In this document: positions 12,534 through 24,014 of the stretch, in pieces
Position numbering within the stretch: position 1 is the first letter of the stretch
Layout: every line of letters starts with the position of its first letter
From: Octopus vulgaris
Lineage: Eukaryota
Length of the DNA stretch: 64,000 bases
Reading direction: 5' to 3'
Assembly (NCBI GenBank): GCA_951406725.2
Contig: OX597821.1
Coordinates: forward strand, 22,754,001 to 22,818,000
Made by a program: the position numbers and the translations under genes
Notes under the pieces: model-generated
Seen by the model: only the letters and a program-made list of their open reading frames with translations
What the model was told of the DNA's origin: nothing
The model's database searches: none

Positions 12534-14002
12534 CTAAAGGGGAAAAAAAAAAGACCAGAAGGTCTGACTCTTACTCAAAGGAGAAGTAACTCAACTTGGA
12601 ATTTGGTAAATGAGGAACAGAGAAAAAACATTTCATTTCATATATCATGGCACAGGCAGTTAGAAGCTGGTTTCTCAACCATATGGTTCCAGGTTCAGTT
12701 CCACTGCATGGCACTATGAGCAAGTGTCTTCTACTACAGCCTCAGGCCAACCAAAGCCTTGTAAGTGGATTTGATGAATGGAAACAGAAAGAAGCTGACT
12801 GCATATATATATATATATATATATATGCCAACCAAAGCCTCCTAGAAAAGGAGTCAAATGGCTCAAGAGTACCCTGATTATATATATATATATAATCAGG
12901 GAACTCTTGAGCCATTTGACTCCTTTTTCTAGGAGGCTTTGGTTGGCATATATATATGCTTTAGTAGAAGACACTTGCCCAAGGTTCCACACAGTGGGAC
13001 TGAACCCTGAACCATGTAGTTCGTAAGTAAGCTACTTACCACACAGCCACTCCTATACCTTTATTTTATCAATCCCCCACAAGAATAAAAAGTAAGGTTG
13101 ATCTGGCCAAAATTTGAACTCAGAATATAAAGAGTTAGAACAAATACTGCTCTGCATGGATTTAGTTAGATAACGAGTGGGCGAAATGCTTAACAGTATT
13201 TCTTCTGCCATTACGTTCTGAGTTCAAATTCCGCCGAGGTCAACTTTGCCTTTCATCCTTTCGGGGTCGATAAATTAAGTACCAGTTACGCACTGGGGTC
13301 GATGTAATCGACTTAATCCATTTGACTGTCCTTGTTTGTCCTCTCTGTGTTTAGCCCCTTGTGGGTAGTAAAGAAATAAGTTAGATAATTTAAAAGGAAG
13401 GGCTAGTTGGTTAAACTAATCCCAGTACTTGACTGACACTTTATTTTATCAACCCCAGAAGGTTAAATGACTAAGCTGACCTTGGCAGGATTTGAACGTG
13501 GAACATAAGGAGCTGGAACAAATACTGCAAGACGTTATATTCAACATTATATTTTTTTCAGCAAGATAATTTCTAACACAGATGATACAAAGTCACAGAT
13601 TTAAAGAACAGGAACAGTTGATTTTGATTCAACAACCCTTATTTCTTTATTGCCCTCAAGAGGCTAAACATAGAGGAGACAAACAGATTAAGTTGATTAT
13701 ATCGACTCCAGTGCATAACTGGTACTTATTTAATCGACCCTGAAAGGATGAAAGGCAAAGTCGACCTCGGCGGAATTTGAACTCGGAACGTAGTGGCAGG
13801 CGAAATACCGCTAAGCATTTTGCCCGGCGTGCTAACGTTTCTGCCAGCTCGTCGCCTTCAACAACCCTTAGCAGTCAACCAGTACTTCTTTTATTAATCC
13901 TGAAAAGATGAAGAGAAAATGAAACCCCCATCTCAAGCTGTATAAGTAAGGACAACAAAAACAACTTCAGCAAAATATCAAAGTAGAACAAAGTAAACTT
14001 AC

Positions 14003-14245
14003 AAGACATGAAATGAAGACTCTGTAGACAGGGTCTGCACACATGAATGCAAGCACGCTGCAACAACACTCCAGCATCTGATGGGTGGCAGTTTGTTGAC
14101 TCGAAGATATCATCGCACCACTGCGACCTTCTCCAGAACCTCTCAGCAACGTGGAGACCATCTCACGACTCAAATACTTCAACGCAGCCTCTCGAATTGA
14201 CCAGTTCCGTGAAAATAGACAGCACACGAGGTCCTCACCCAGAAC
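14003..14245 (-). CDS. MAP3K1: MAP3K1 exon, TOG/ARM-like region (VLGEDLVCCLFSRNWSIREAAL...CADPVYRVFISCL)
   Basis: ccatAG/GTAAGT; 243 nt, phase 0-0; CLFSRNW..RE.AL and CADPVY motifs of MEKK1. Confidence 0.95.
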
Positions 14246-14359
14246 CTATGGCGAAATATAGAAAGAGTAAAAATGGTAGTAGAGCAAGGGTACCCAATCT
14301 TTTTTGCACCATGGACCCGTTTCATCATCATCATCGTCATCATCATTATTATCATTTCA

Positions 14360-14668
14360 CCGTGATCACCGTGACCAACCAGGCTATCAGATGTTGCTAC
14401 ACATCGCTGGTCACAAGGCGCTTCGCATTGTTTTAGCCTTCAAATGATGCCACCCCACTGGCTAAGCGAGCAGGCCAACAGAAGAAAGAATGAGAGAAAG
14501 TTGTGGCAAAAGAGTACAGCAGGGATCACCACCAAATCCTGCCGGAGCCTTGTGGAGCTTTATGTGTTTTTGCTCAATAAATACTCACAACGCCCGGTCT
14601 GGGAATCGAAATCGCGATCCTGCAACCGCGAGTCCGCTGCCCTAACCACTGGGCCATTGCGCCTCCAC
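14360..14668 (-). mobile_element. Second tRNA-derived SINE family; copies at 11095-11270, 11845-12330, 34320-34598, 35940-36322, 41583-41860, 60142-60520
   Basis: Head ggaggcgcaatggcccagtggttagggcagcggactcgcgg...ggtttcgattccc with A/B-box-like motifs. Confidence 0.8.
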
Positions 14669-15301
14669 ATTATTATCATTTAATGTTTACTTTCCATGCT
14701 AGCATGGTATGAACTGTTTGACAGGAGGTGGCTAGCCAGACAGCTGCACCAGACTCTAATCGTCTGTTCTGGTATGAATTCTATGGCTGGATGCCCTTCC
14801 TAACACCAACCACTTTACAGTGTGCTGGGTGCTTTTACGTGGCACCAGTATTGGTGCTTTTACGTGGCACCCACACAAGTGATTTTTACATGACAATCTT
14901 TTCCTTGAGCCAGGGGATCACACGTATAACAAAACAATAAAATACGCAACATATAATTTAATTATAACATATATATAATACATATATTATATATATAATA
15001 CACATATAATGCAAAAACATCATGCAGACTGTGACAGAGGAACTCTGCAATTAGGGTACAGAGCATTAAGATTAACAAACCAAAAAACCTTTTGCAGAGC
15101 AGAAGTACAGCATTGGTAGAAGAAAGATGTGGAATTCAACTTCTGTTCTTGTAACAAAGTACTAGAAAGTAGGGGTAACTTATCACAAGAAATGGTTAAC
15201 AGGCACTTCCTACATCAGTTTAGGCTACATGGTAATTCTTAAAAACATAAGTTCTCTTCAATAAAATCAGTATATCTATCTATCTATCTCTATATATATA
15301 T

Positions 15302-15332
<31 letters not shown>

Positions 15333-16010
15333 TAGATATATATATATATATAAGAGTATATAAGGCTCATCTTTGCATTATAACACAGAGCCATCTACTA
15401 CTTTATCTAGATATCTTGGGAGATGTAAATGAATCTGGACAGACTATAAAGATAGGGTAACCAGTCGGTTTTGTTTCTTTCTCTAAACTTTAGCAAGGAC
15501 TAATTTCACAGCAGTATTAAATATACATGGATAAAAGGGTAAAGGATGAAAATCCCCTTTGGTTATGAATGACCATGGGATTGCACCAAGAAAGTTACCC
15601 TCCCAGGCACAAGTCCAGGCAAGGTTGTTTATGAAAGACCAGCAGTTGCCCATGCATACCAGCCTCCTCTCTCCATGCCCCCCAGTGTTATCCAAGAGAA
15701 TGGCAAAGGCTGATACAGGTTGGCACCAGTGATGTTGCAACTCATTTCTATAGCTGAGTGAACTGGAGCAACATGAAATAGAGTGTTTTGCTCAAAAAAC
15801 ACACGGCCCAGTCTAGGAATTGAACTCACTGCCTCGTGATTGTGAGCCTGACATTCAAACCATTGAGCCATACACCTTCGCAGATATACATAGATTACTC
15901 TCTATATTTATACAAAACTCACGCATTCATTTATCTCCTCCTTCACACACATGCTCTGACTCCAGTTTCTTTTTTTTTTTGTCTTCTAAAAATGGTAAAT
16001 CCATACATAC

Positions 16011-16128
16011 CTGGATCCAAGGTCGAGCTGTGTCTCTGTATTCTACAGGAACTGGTTCAGCATATGGAAGTCTTAAGTCATCTGGAATCAATGGTGAAGA
16101 AACTTCTCCTTGGCTGATGCCTGTTTCA
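16011..16128 (-). CDS. MAP3K1: MAP3K1 exon (ETGISQ...LPYAEPVPVEYRDTARPWIQ)
   Basis: aatcAG/GTATGT; 118 nt, phase 2-0; the PWIQ|V junction resembles MEKK1. Confidence 0.92.
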
Positions 16129-16439
16129 CTGATTAAAGGTAGATGGAGAAAATGTTCCAATGAAAAGTATAAAAAAAAAATGTCTGCAGTCAAGAGACAG
16201 ACTGATCAGATTAAAAACAAAAAGGTATTAGGCTAATTAACAAAGATTCATTAATCAAAAACACCACTGGCTCACACAAGCATGCTGTTTCCACTCTGTT
16301 TTTTTTTTTTTTACTACTATGGCCTCAAATCCACTCAAATAGCAAAGATAGATTCCTCAGCTCAAGTATTGCACCAAATTGATACCATATCACACTATAT
16401 CATATAGATTGTTGGTTCTCAACATGTACTGTTTGACAT

Positions 16440-16840
16440 TTGCGCTGGAAGTTCAAATAAGAACATTTCAGAGTGTTTGGGTGTCAATCTGAGGACAGTG
16501 AAATCTGAGGACATGAATGGAGAGTGATAAAAATCAAACATCCAGTCAACATCATGGTGTTTGAAGTGATCACTAGTGATGGCTATGTTATGCCTCCATT
16601 CATCTTCCCACACGGACTCAGACTCAAGATGGAGGCCAACATCAAGTGCCTGGAGGAGGTAGTACTGTCCTGGGCCAAGAGGGTGGCTGCTGGAAGACCC
16701 TATGTTTGGAAACAGGATTCTGCACCATGCTACACAAGCAGAAGAACCCAGTCATGGCTGTCAGACCATTTCTGTGACCACATCACCCCTAATGTCTGAC
16801 CACCTAACTCCCCAGACTGCAACCTCCTTGATTATTATGT
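16440..16840 (+). pseudogene. DD37D (maT) transposase fragment
   Basis: QDSAPC.TSRRTQSWL...PPNSPDCNLLD; 37 residues between the 2nd and 3rd Asp. Confidence 0.75.
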
Positions 16841-18366
16841 GTATATATATATATATAGGTATGTATATATGTATATATATAATATAATATAATAAATGTG
16901 AGAACTAATTTCTGTGTGTCAGTGTGACACACTTAGACTCCCACCTCTCTCACTATTCAATGACACACCTATCCCACATGATGGGGTGAGAGTAATAGTA
17001 GACATAGAGGCAGTGAGGGCAGTGGTGAAGGCAGAGAGAAAGAGAGAGAAAGAAAATGAGAGAGAGAGAAGGAGGGAGATGATGTACAACTTTGTATAAC
17101 CATGTCTCTTTCACAGAAATTCCTGTCGCCAAAATACTAAACAGTTATTTTTGTTTTATTCTTTATACTCACACATTTATATAAAATACACTTTAATTGA
17201 AATAAAGTTTCTGCAAAATTAAACATATCTAATATAATAAATGTGACTGTCAGTGTGTCACACTTTTTCAACTTTAGTAAATCCTTTCTACTGGAAGCAT
17301 AAGACCTCAAATTTTGGAGGAAAGGATTAAGTCGATTACATCAACTCCAGTACGTAACTGGTACTAATTTTATCGACTCCGAAAGGATGAAAGCCAAAGT
17401 CGACCTCGACAGAATTCGAACTCAAAACCTAATGGCAGACAAAATACCGCCAAGCATTTGGGCCATATCGCCACCTTTATACAATATAATAAATGTGAAA
17501 ATCAGTGTGTTACTTTTTCAACTTCACTCCTAGAGGCCGTAGCCCAACATATACCATTTTGGAATCAGGCTCACTCTGTGAGTAAATTGAAGACATTCCG
17601 GGCAGAATCTGGACCCATAATCCTGAAATTTTGGATTCTCAAGTGTTCATTACTGTGATTGGTTCCGGCGATTTTTTTATGTAACTTTTTGCGACAAATT
17701 TTTTTGTACGATAACAATTTTTATAATCTAAAGGCCAAATCTGTGAGTAAATTAAAAACATTCTGGACTGAATCTGGACCTGCACTCCTGAAATCTATGT
17801 TTTCATTACTGCGATTGTTTTACATCATTTTTGTTACATGATTTTTTGAGACAAATATGGTTCATCATTGGGATATGACTCTGGAGGAACCAATTGCAAC
17901 AAATTCTCCAAAACAAGTCAGAGATCTGTTTGCAGATCTTCCCATCCGGTGTTAGTTGCTTAAAAAGCTTGTGTATATTTATAAAATTTGTACTGTCTTT
18001 ACTGTCCTGTTTTTGTTACCATTTTTACCCCTCCGCAAAAAAATCTCAAATTTTATTTAATTTGCTTTTTGCAGGAAGGAATGTTTCACCGAAGTCGCCT
18101 TGACCTTCGGAACGCAGAGTAGATGAAACAGAGGCGATTGAAGAAGGGGAATTTTCCTTGTGTTGTATGTCCTGTACTCTATTTTTTTGTTGTTTAAGAA
18201 AAATGTCCATTTCCTTGGTTTTGTGTTTATGTTTTCGTTTCTCATTGTGTTTGACGTTTTGTTTTGGTGTCCTGTTCCCATATATACATGTAGAGGTAGG
18301 TACGTACATATATGTATGTGTATATGCATATATTTATTTATTTATTTGTTATATATATATACATAT

Positions 18367-18399
<33 letters not shown>

Positions 18400-18590
18400 T
18401 ATACATATAGATAGATAAATAGATACATATAGATACACACACATGAATATATACATACACACACATACATATATGCATAATTATATATATATATATACAC
18501 ACACACATATACATAGATATATTTATATACATATATATATACACATACACATATACAGACATGTGTGTATATAGTTACAAACATACATAC

Positions 18591-18626
<36 letters not shown>

Positions 18627-19196
18627 ACATTAATCTGCAAAGTTCTTAACACCGCCACCACGATTACCGCCACCACCACTACCACCACCACCACCACCAC
18701 CACCGGAAATTCACACCCAATATAAACACCACAACAACTGCACGTACACCCACCCAACCTAATGTAGTAGCACCCGGCTGCAATAGGTTTATTGCACAAT
18801 TTAGCTTGAGGCATTCCTCCAAATGTGCACTTGTTTCATTAAAAGTGTGCAACTAGCTTGCAGATGGCGTATTTCTTATATCACCAACAGTATCAGCACA
18901 AGACACACACACAGCATCAAACATGCAAATATGGTTGGAAGTAATGAGGCAGCACAAGTGTTAGTCTTTGTGTGTGTCTACTCCTATGTGCATGTATTCT
19001 TATATAGGCGCAGGAGTGGCTGTGTGGTAAGTAGCTTATTTACCAACCACATGGTTCCGGGTTTAGTCTATTTTTCCATTTGTTTTTGTTGTTTTCTGTT
19101 ATGTTTTTGTCAGATTTTGAAATACAAAAACACACGCACACACATACACCTCTATTGGGTAAGTATGAACATAAATGTTCTATAAATATATATATA

Positions 19197-19232
<36 letters not shown>

Positions 19233-20345
19233 TGTGTGTATATATAGACGCAGGAGTGGCTGTGTGGTAAGTAGCTTGCTTACCAACCACATGGTTCCGG
19301 GTTCAGTCCCACTGCGTGACATCTTGGGCAAGTGTCTTCTACTATAGCCCCGGGCCAACCAATGCCTTGTGAGTCGATTTGGTAGACGGAAACTGAACAG
19401 AAGCCCGTCGTATATATGTATGCGTGTGTGTGTTTGTCCCCCCAACATTGCTTGACAACCGATGCTGGTGTGTTTATGTCCCTGTTACTTAGCGGTTCAG
19501 CAAAAGAGACCGATAGAATAAGTACTGGGCTTACAAAGAGAATAAGTCCCGGGGTCGAGTTGCTCGACTAAAGACGGTGCTCCAGCATGGCCGCAGTCAA
19601 ATGACTGAAACAAGTTAAAGAGTAAAGAGTATATGTGCATGTGTATTTATACATGTGTGTGTTTGTGTGAGGGTGGTATGGGTTTGTACTTCTGTGCACC
19701 TGTATTTATATGTGTGTATATGTATTTGTGTGTATGTGTGTGTATGCATATGCAAGTATCTCTGTGCGTGTGTGTGTGTGTGTATATGCGTAGGTGTGTG
19801 CATATGCAAGTATTTGTGTGTGTATGTACTTTTGTGCACATATTTATACGTGTGAATATGCAAGGCGGCGAGCTGGCAGAAACGTTAGCACGCCGGACGA
19901 AAACGTAGCCGTATTTCGTCTGTCGTTACGTTCCAAGTTCAAATTCCGCCGAGGTCGACTTAGCCTTTCATCCTTTCGGGGTCGATAAATTAAGTACCAG
20001 TTATGTACTGAGGTCGATGTAATCGATTTAATCCCTTTGTCTGTCCTTGTTTGTCCCCTCTGTATTTAGCCCCTTGTGGGTAGTAAAGAAATATATATGT
20101 GTGAATATGTATTTATGTGTGTGTGTGTGTGTGCATGTGTGTACTTGCATGTACAAGTATGTGTGTGCTTGCATATGCAAATTTGTGAGTGTGTGTGTGT
20201 GTGGGTGTGTGTAATGGAAAGAATGTTAAGCGATGAGGCAGATGAACTTTGTCTGTTTGTGGATAACTATATTGGATTTTCAGGACAGGAGAATAGATTC
20301 AGGTTTCTTTCATACACACACACAACTAATAAGTGTATATACATA

Positions 20346-20558
20346 TACGGGGTGTCCCGGAAGTTGCGCACCATCCTGGTTTTTTAAAAGAATACACTCT
20401 TATTGATTTCAAAAACACTTTATTGAAATCAATCGTAACAAATGCTCAAATTGAGCACCCTCTACAATAAAACATGCCGTGAAAATATAATAAAATAAAA
20501 TGCTTTAATTATTTTAAATGAAAACCAGAATGGTGCGTGACTTCTGGGACATCCTGTA
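20346..20558. mobile_element. Tc1/mariner-type MITE
   Basis: TA-cggggtgtcccggaagttgcgcaccat...atggtgcgtgacttctgggacatcctg-TA inverted termini. Confidence 0.7.
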
Positions 20559-20851
20559 TATTCAAATGTATATATATATGCAAACAATACATATATATAT
20601 ATATACACACACACACACAAACATATATACACACATATATATATATATACATATGCATATACACACACACGCACACACACATATATGTACCTATATATCT
20701 CTCTCTATATATATATAGATTAATCAGCCAAAATTGCGAAGATGATCCGGTTCTTGACTGAAGATTGAAGGCTTCGAATGTCCCGCCCGTGTTTTTTGTA
20801 TCGTCTTCTAAATGTTTCACGTTCTTGTCCCAGTTTGTATTTTTTTACATT

Positions 20852-20912
<61 letters not shown>

Positions 20913-20939
20913 ATACACACACACATACATATATATATA

Positions 20940-21210
20940 TTAATAGTATGACAACAAAAGAATGAATGAGATCTCGATATTAGGTAAATAGAGGAATTTA
21001 TCTGTAATATAATATGTGACAATTATTCAGTTGCCATAATAAAACTCTGAGTTTCAGATGTCGGGACGAAAATCTGCTCCGGCATCTCGTAAGTAATTAA
21101 GACAATCAAAACATGATTGTCTTAACAACTGACGAGATGCCGGAACAGATTTCCGCCCTGACATCTGAAAGCCAGAGTCTTCTTATGGCAACTGAATTGT
21201 CACATTTTAT
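20940..21210. mobile_element. (TA)n-embedded inverted-repeat element with hammerhead-like motifs; second copy at 56104-56380
   Basis: Arms about 21013-21107 and 21115-21206; consensus uaauaa-CUGACGA-GAUG..CAUC-u-GAAAC-ucaga-GUU-uuauua. Confidence 0.7.
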
Positions 21211-21224
21211 AAATGCATACATAC

Positions 21225-21269
<45 letters not shown>

Positions 21270-21345
21270 TATGTGTATATATATATATGTATATACACAC
21301 ACATATATACACATATATATATGTAAATACATACAAATACACATG

Positions 21346-21381
<36 letters not shown>

Positions 21382-21493
21382 TATATATATATACATATAT
21401 ATATTACATCTGTTTGTTTTGTACACCACATGTCTTCGTCTTTTTTTTTTTCGTGAACTCTCTCCCTGTATATATATATATATATATATATAC

Positions 21494-21853
21494 TACCACT
21501 ATGACCCGGCAACGCTGGGTGCTAGTGCATGCATATACAGCTGTGTGCGTGCGCACATACACGCGAGTACTGTCCAAATCTCCGACCAATCACATACAGC
21601 TAGCTGGCATTCAATTGGCCTATCAAGTTTCGGGCATTTTGATTGGGTTTTGGATAGAAAATTCACAAAAAAGTCACATCTATTAATTTTTTAATGGCTT
21701 TGCAGGGTGACTGGAGAAATGTAAAGATGTGCACGACCACCCTTGGACGGTCTTGAATGACCATAGAAAGTGCGAGCCCTCTAACTGAAAAATTGTGCAT
21801 TTGTATAAAGGACGGACACATAGACAGACATTTTGCCGTTTATATATAGAGAT
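21494..21853 (-). mobile_element. Helitron-like element; second copy at 37781-38062
   Basis: Two similar copies; TC start and hairpin/CTAG end on the minus strand (clear in the 37781 copy). Confidence 0.65.
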
Positions 21854-22073
21854 ACATATATATATGTGTGCACATACATATACGTGCACAAGCAATATAT
21901 TTATTTGACGCTTGGTGAAAGGAGAGAGTGGTTAATGTTTCAAGGCTAGCTCTTCGTCAGAAAGTGGAAAATCCAAAGAAAAAGAAAGGAAAATAAAGAA
22001 AAATCACCAACAATCCACATGTGGTTACATTTCTGAATTGACCAGAAATCATCTATCTATCTATCTATCTATC

Positions 22074-22107
<34 letters not shown>

Positions 22108-23037
22108 TAATAAATAAAACATATGCATATATATAAACATATATGTATGTACCTACCTTTACATGTACATATACACGCATATATGAGTACAGGACACCAA
22201 AAAGACGTCGAACACAATGAGAAACGAAAACATAGACACAAACCAAAGGAACTGGACATTTTTTTAAACAACAAAAAAATAGAGTACAGGACAATTAACA
22301 GCAAGAAAAAACCCCTTCTTCAGTCGCTATGGTTTCATCGACTCTACGTTTCGAAGGTAAAAGCGAGACGTATCTTCGACAAGAAACTTTCCTTCCTGCG
22401 AAAAGCAAATCAATTAAAATTCTGAGATCTTTTCGCAGAGGGGTAAAAAATGGTAACAAAAACAGGACAGTAACGACAGTACAAATTATAAACAGTAAAA
22501 GACAGGACAAGGAAAAACAAGATAAGAAGGGCTGTTAACGCTGAACGAAAACAAGCATTGCGAACGACGAGCGGAGCAAAAAGAATTGTCGTCCATACCT
22601 CGAGAGGGTAAAGGCTAGAAAGACATAAATATATATATATATACACTCATATTCACAGATTCACTAATTCATGTTAGATTAGTTTTTTTACACTAGCATG
22701 GGCTACATGAATGTCATGTTTTATATCATCATCATCGTTGTACATCAGTTTTTCCATGCTGGCATGGGTTGGACAGTTTGACAGGGGCTGGCAAGCCACA
22801 GAGCTGCATCTGACTCCAATTGTCTGTTTTGGCAAGGTTTCTGCAGCTGGATGCCCTTCCTAATACCAACCACTCTACGTAGGGTACTGGGTGTATTCTA
22901 TTCGGCACCAGCACTGGTACCTTTTATGTAACAATTGCACCGGTGCCATTTCTGTGCTGGTAGCACATAAATACATACATATATATATATTCTTTTACTT
23001 GTTTCAGTCATTTGACGGTGGCCATGCTGGAGCACCA

Positions 23038-23077
<40 letters not shown>

Positions 23078-23083
<6 letters not shown>

Positions 23084-23215
23084 TATATAGAAGGAGCTTC
23101 TACAGGACTAGTACTGTTTCATTCAAGAGAAATCTTCAGGAAGCTCAAGCTTCCTGAAGATTTCTCTTGAATGAAACAGTACTAGTCCTGTAGAAGCTCC
23201 TTCTATATAATAAAT
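23078..23215. repeat. Perfect ~68-bp-arm palindrome of two hammerhead motifs
   Basis: Arms 23078-23145 and 23148-23215, 2-nt centre; flanked by (TA)n. Confidence 0.95.
23148..23198 (+). ncRNA. Putative type I hammerhead ribozyme (mirror copy at 23095-23145 on -)
   Basis: AGCUUC-CUGAAGA-uUUCucuuGAAu-GAA-ACAG-uacuaguc-CUGU-A-GAAGCU; GUA triplet. Confidence 0.65.
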
Positions 23216-23489
23216 TAATTTTACTCTGCTATGTATTGAGTACCTTACTTACTGTGGTTAACCCCGAATCAACCCGGGACCTACATATATATATATATAT
23301 ATATATTTGAGTAGTAGAATGAATTATCTTGTTATGGATAATTCGGTTAACCGATACCTGGGTAGCAAATTCACATCAGAGAAGACACGTTTGAAGTTAC
23401 GTGCTTTCGTGTGGAAATTTGTATGTTTTTTTTTAAATATAAATATATGAAAGAATGGAGTTGAACGACGAATTAACAAAATTCCTTTA

Positions 23490-23572
23490 TTTTCGACATA
23501 TGTTTCGAAAACTGCATATTCCTAATTGCAAAGGAATAAGGAGTATATTTTGCCGCTTTCTTATCAGGAAAA
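23490..23572 (-). ncRNA. Hammerhead-like motif with G8A substitution
   Basis: UUUUC-CUGAUAA-GAAAGCGGCA...UGCAGUUUUC-GAAAC-auau-GUC-GAAAA. Confidence 0.6.
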
Positions 23573-23935
23573 GCAAGGAACTTATGTCAACATCAAGATG
23601 CACAAAAAACTTTTAGATGACTGCTCACACAGAGCCCATATATATACATATAGTTAATCCAAACATGAAAACACAATAACGCGAGGATGTGGAACAAGTA
23701 TAGTGTTATTGGACGCTCAGGAAAGGAAAGAAAGAAGGAGGATTTAACGTTTCGAGTAGAGCTCTTCATCAAAAAACATAGGAAAAGGAAAGATCTAAGG
23801 AAGGGAAGACGGAGGAAAAAACACACATACACACATACATATATACACACACGCACACACACACATACACACACACACTCAGACTCATTCCCTCTCATAC
23901 ACACATTAATAAGTGTGCATACAGTGGAGACTTAC

Positions 23936-24014
23936 TTCTCTTCAATTTTGCTTTTCCATTTTGTTCGACATATTGGACAAATGAGAGGACTCTGGTTATG
24001 ACATTCTTCAAACC
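23936..24014 (-). CDS. MAP3K1: MAP3K1 exon, RING/PHD C-half (WFEECHNQSPLICPICRTKW)
   Basis: ttcctAG/GTAAGT; 79 nt, phase 1-2; not in the ORF track, found by reading the minus strand; completes the RING. Confidence 0.93.

Noticed and set aside
20700-20850. CTGAAGA...CGAA motif in a TA-flanked repeat
   Set aside because: GAAA and helices I/III could not be assembled
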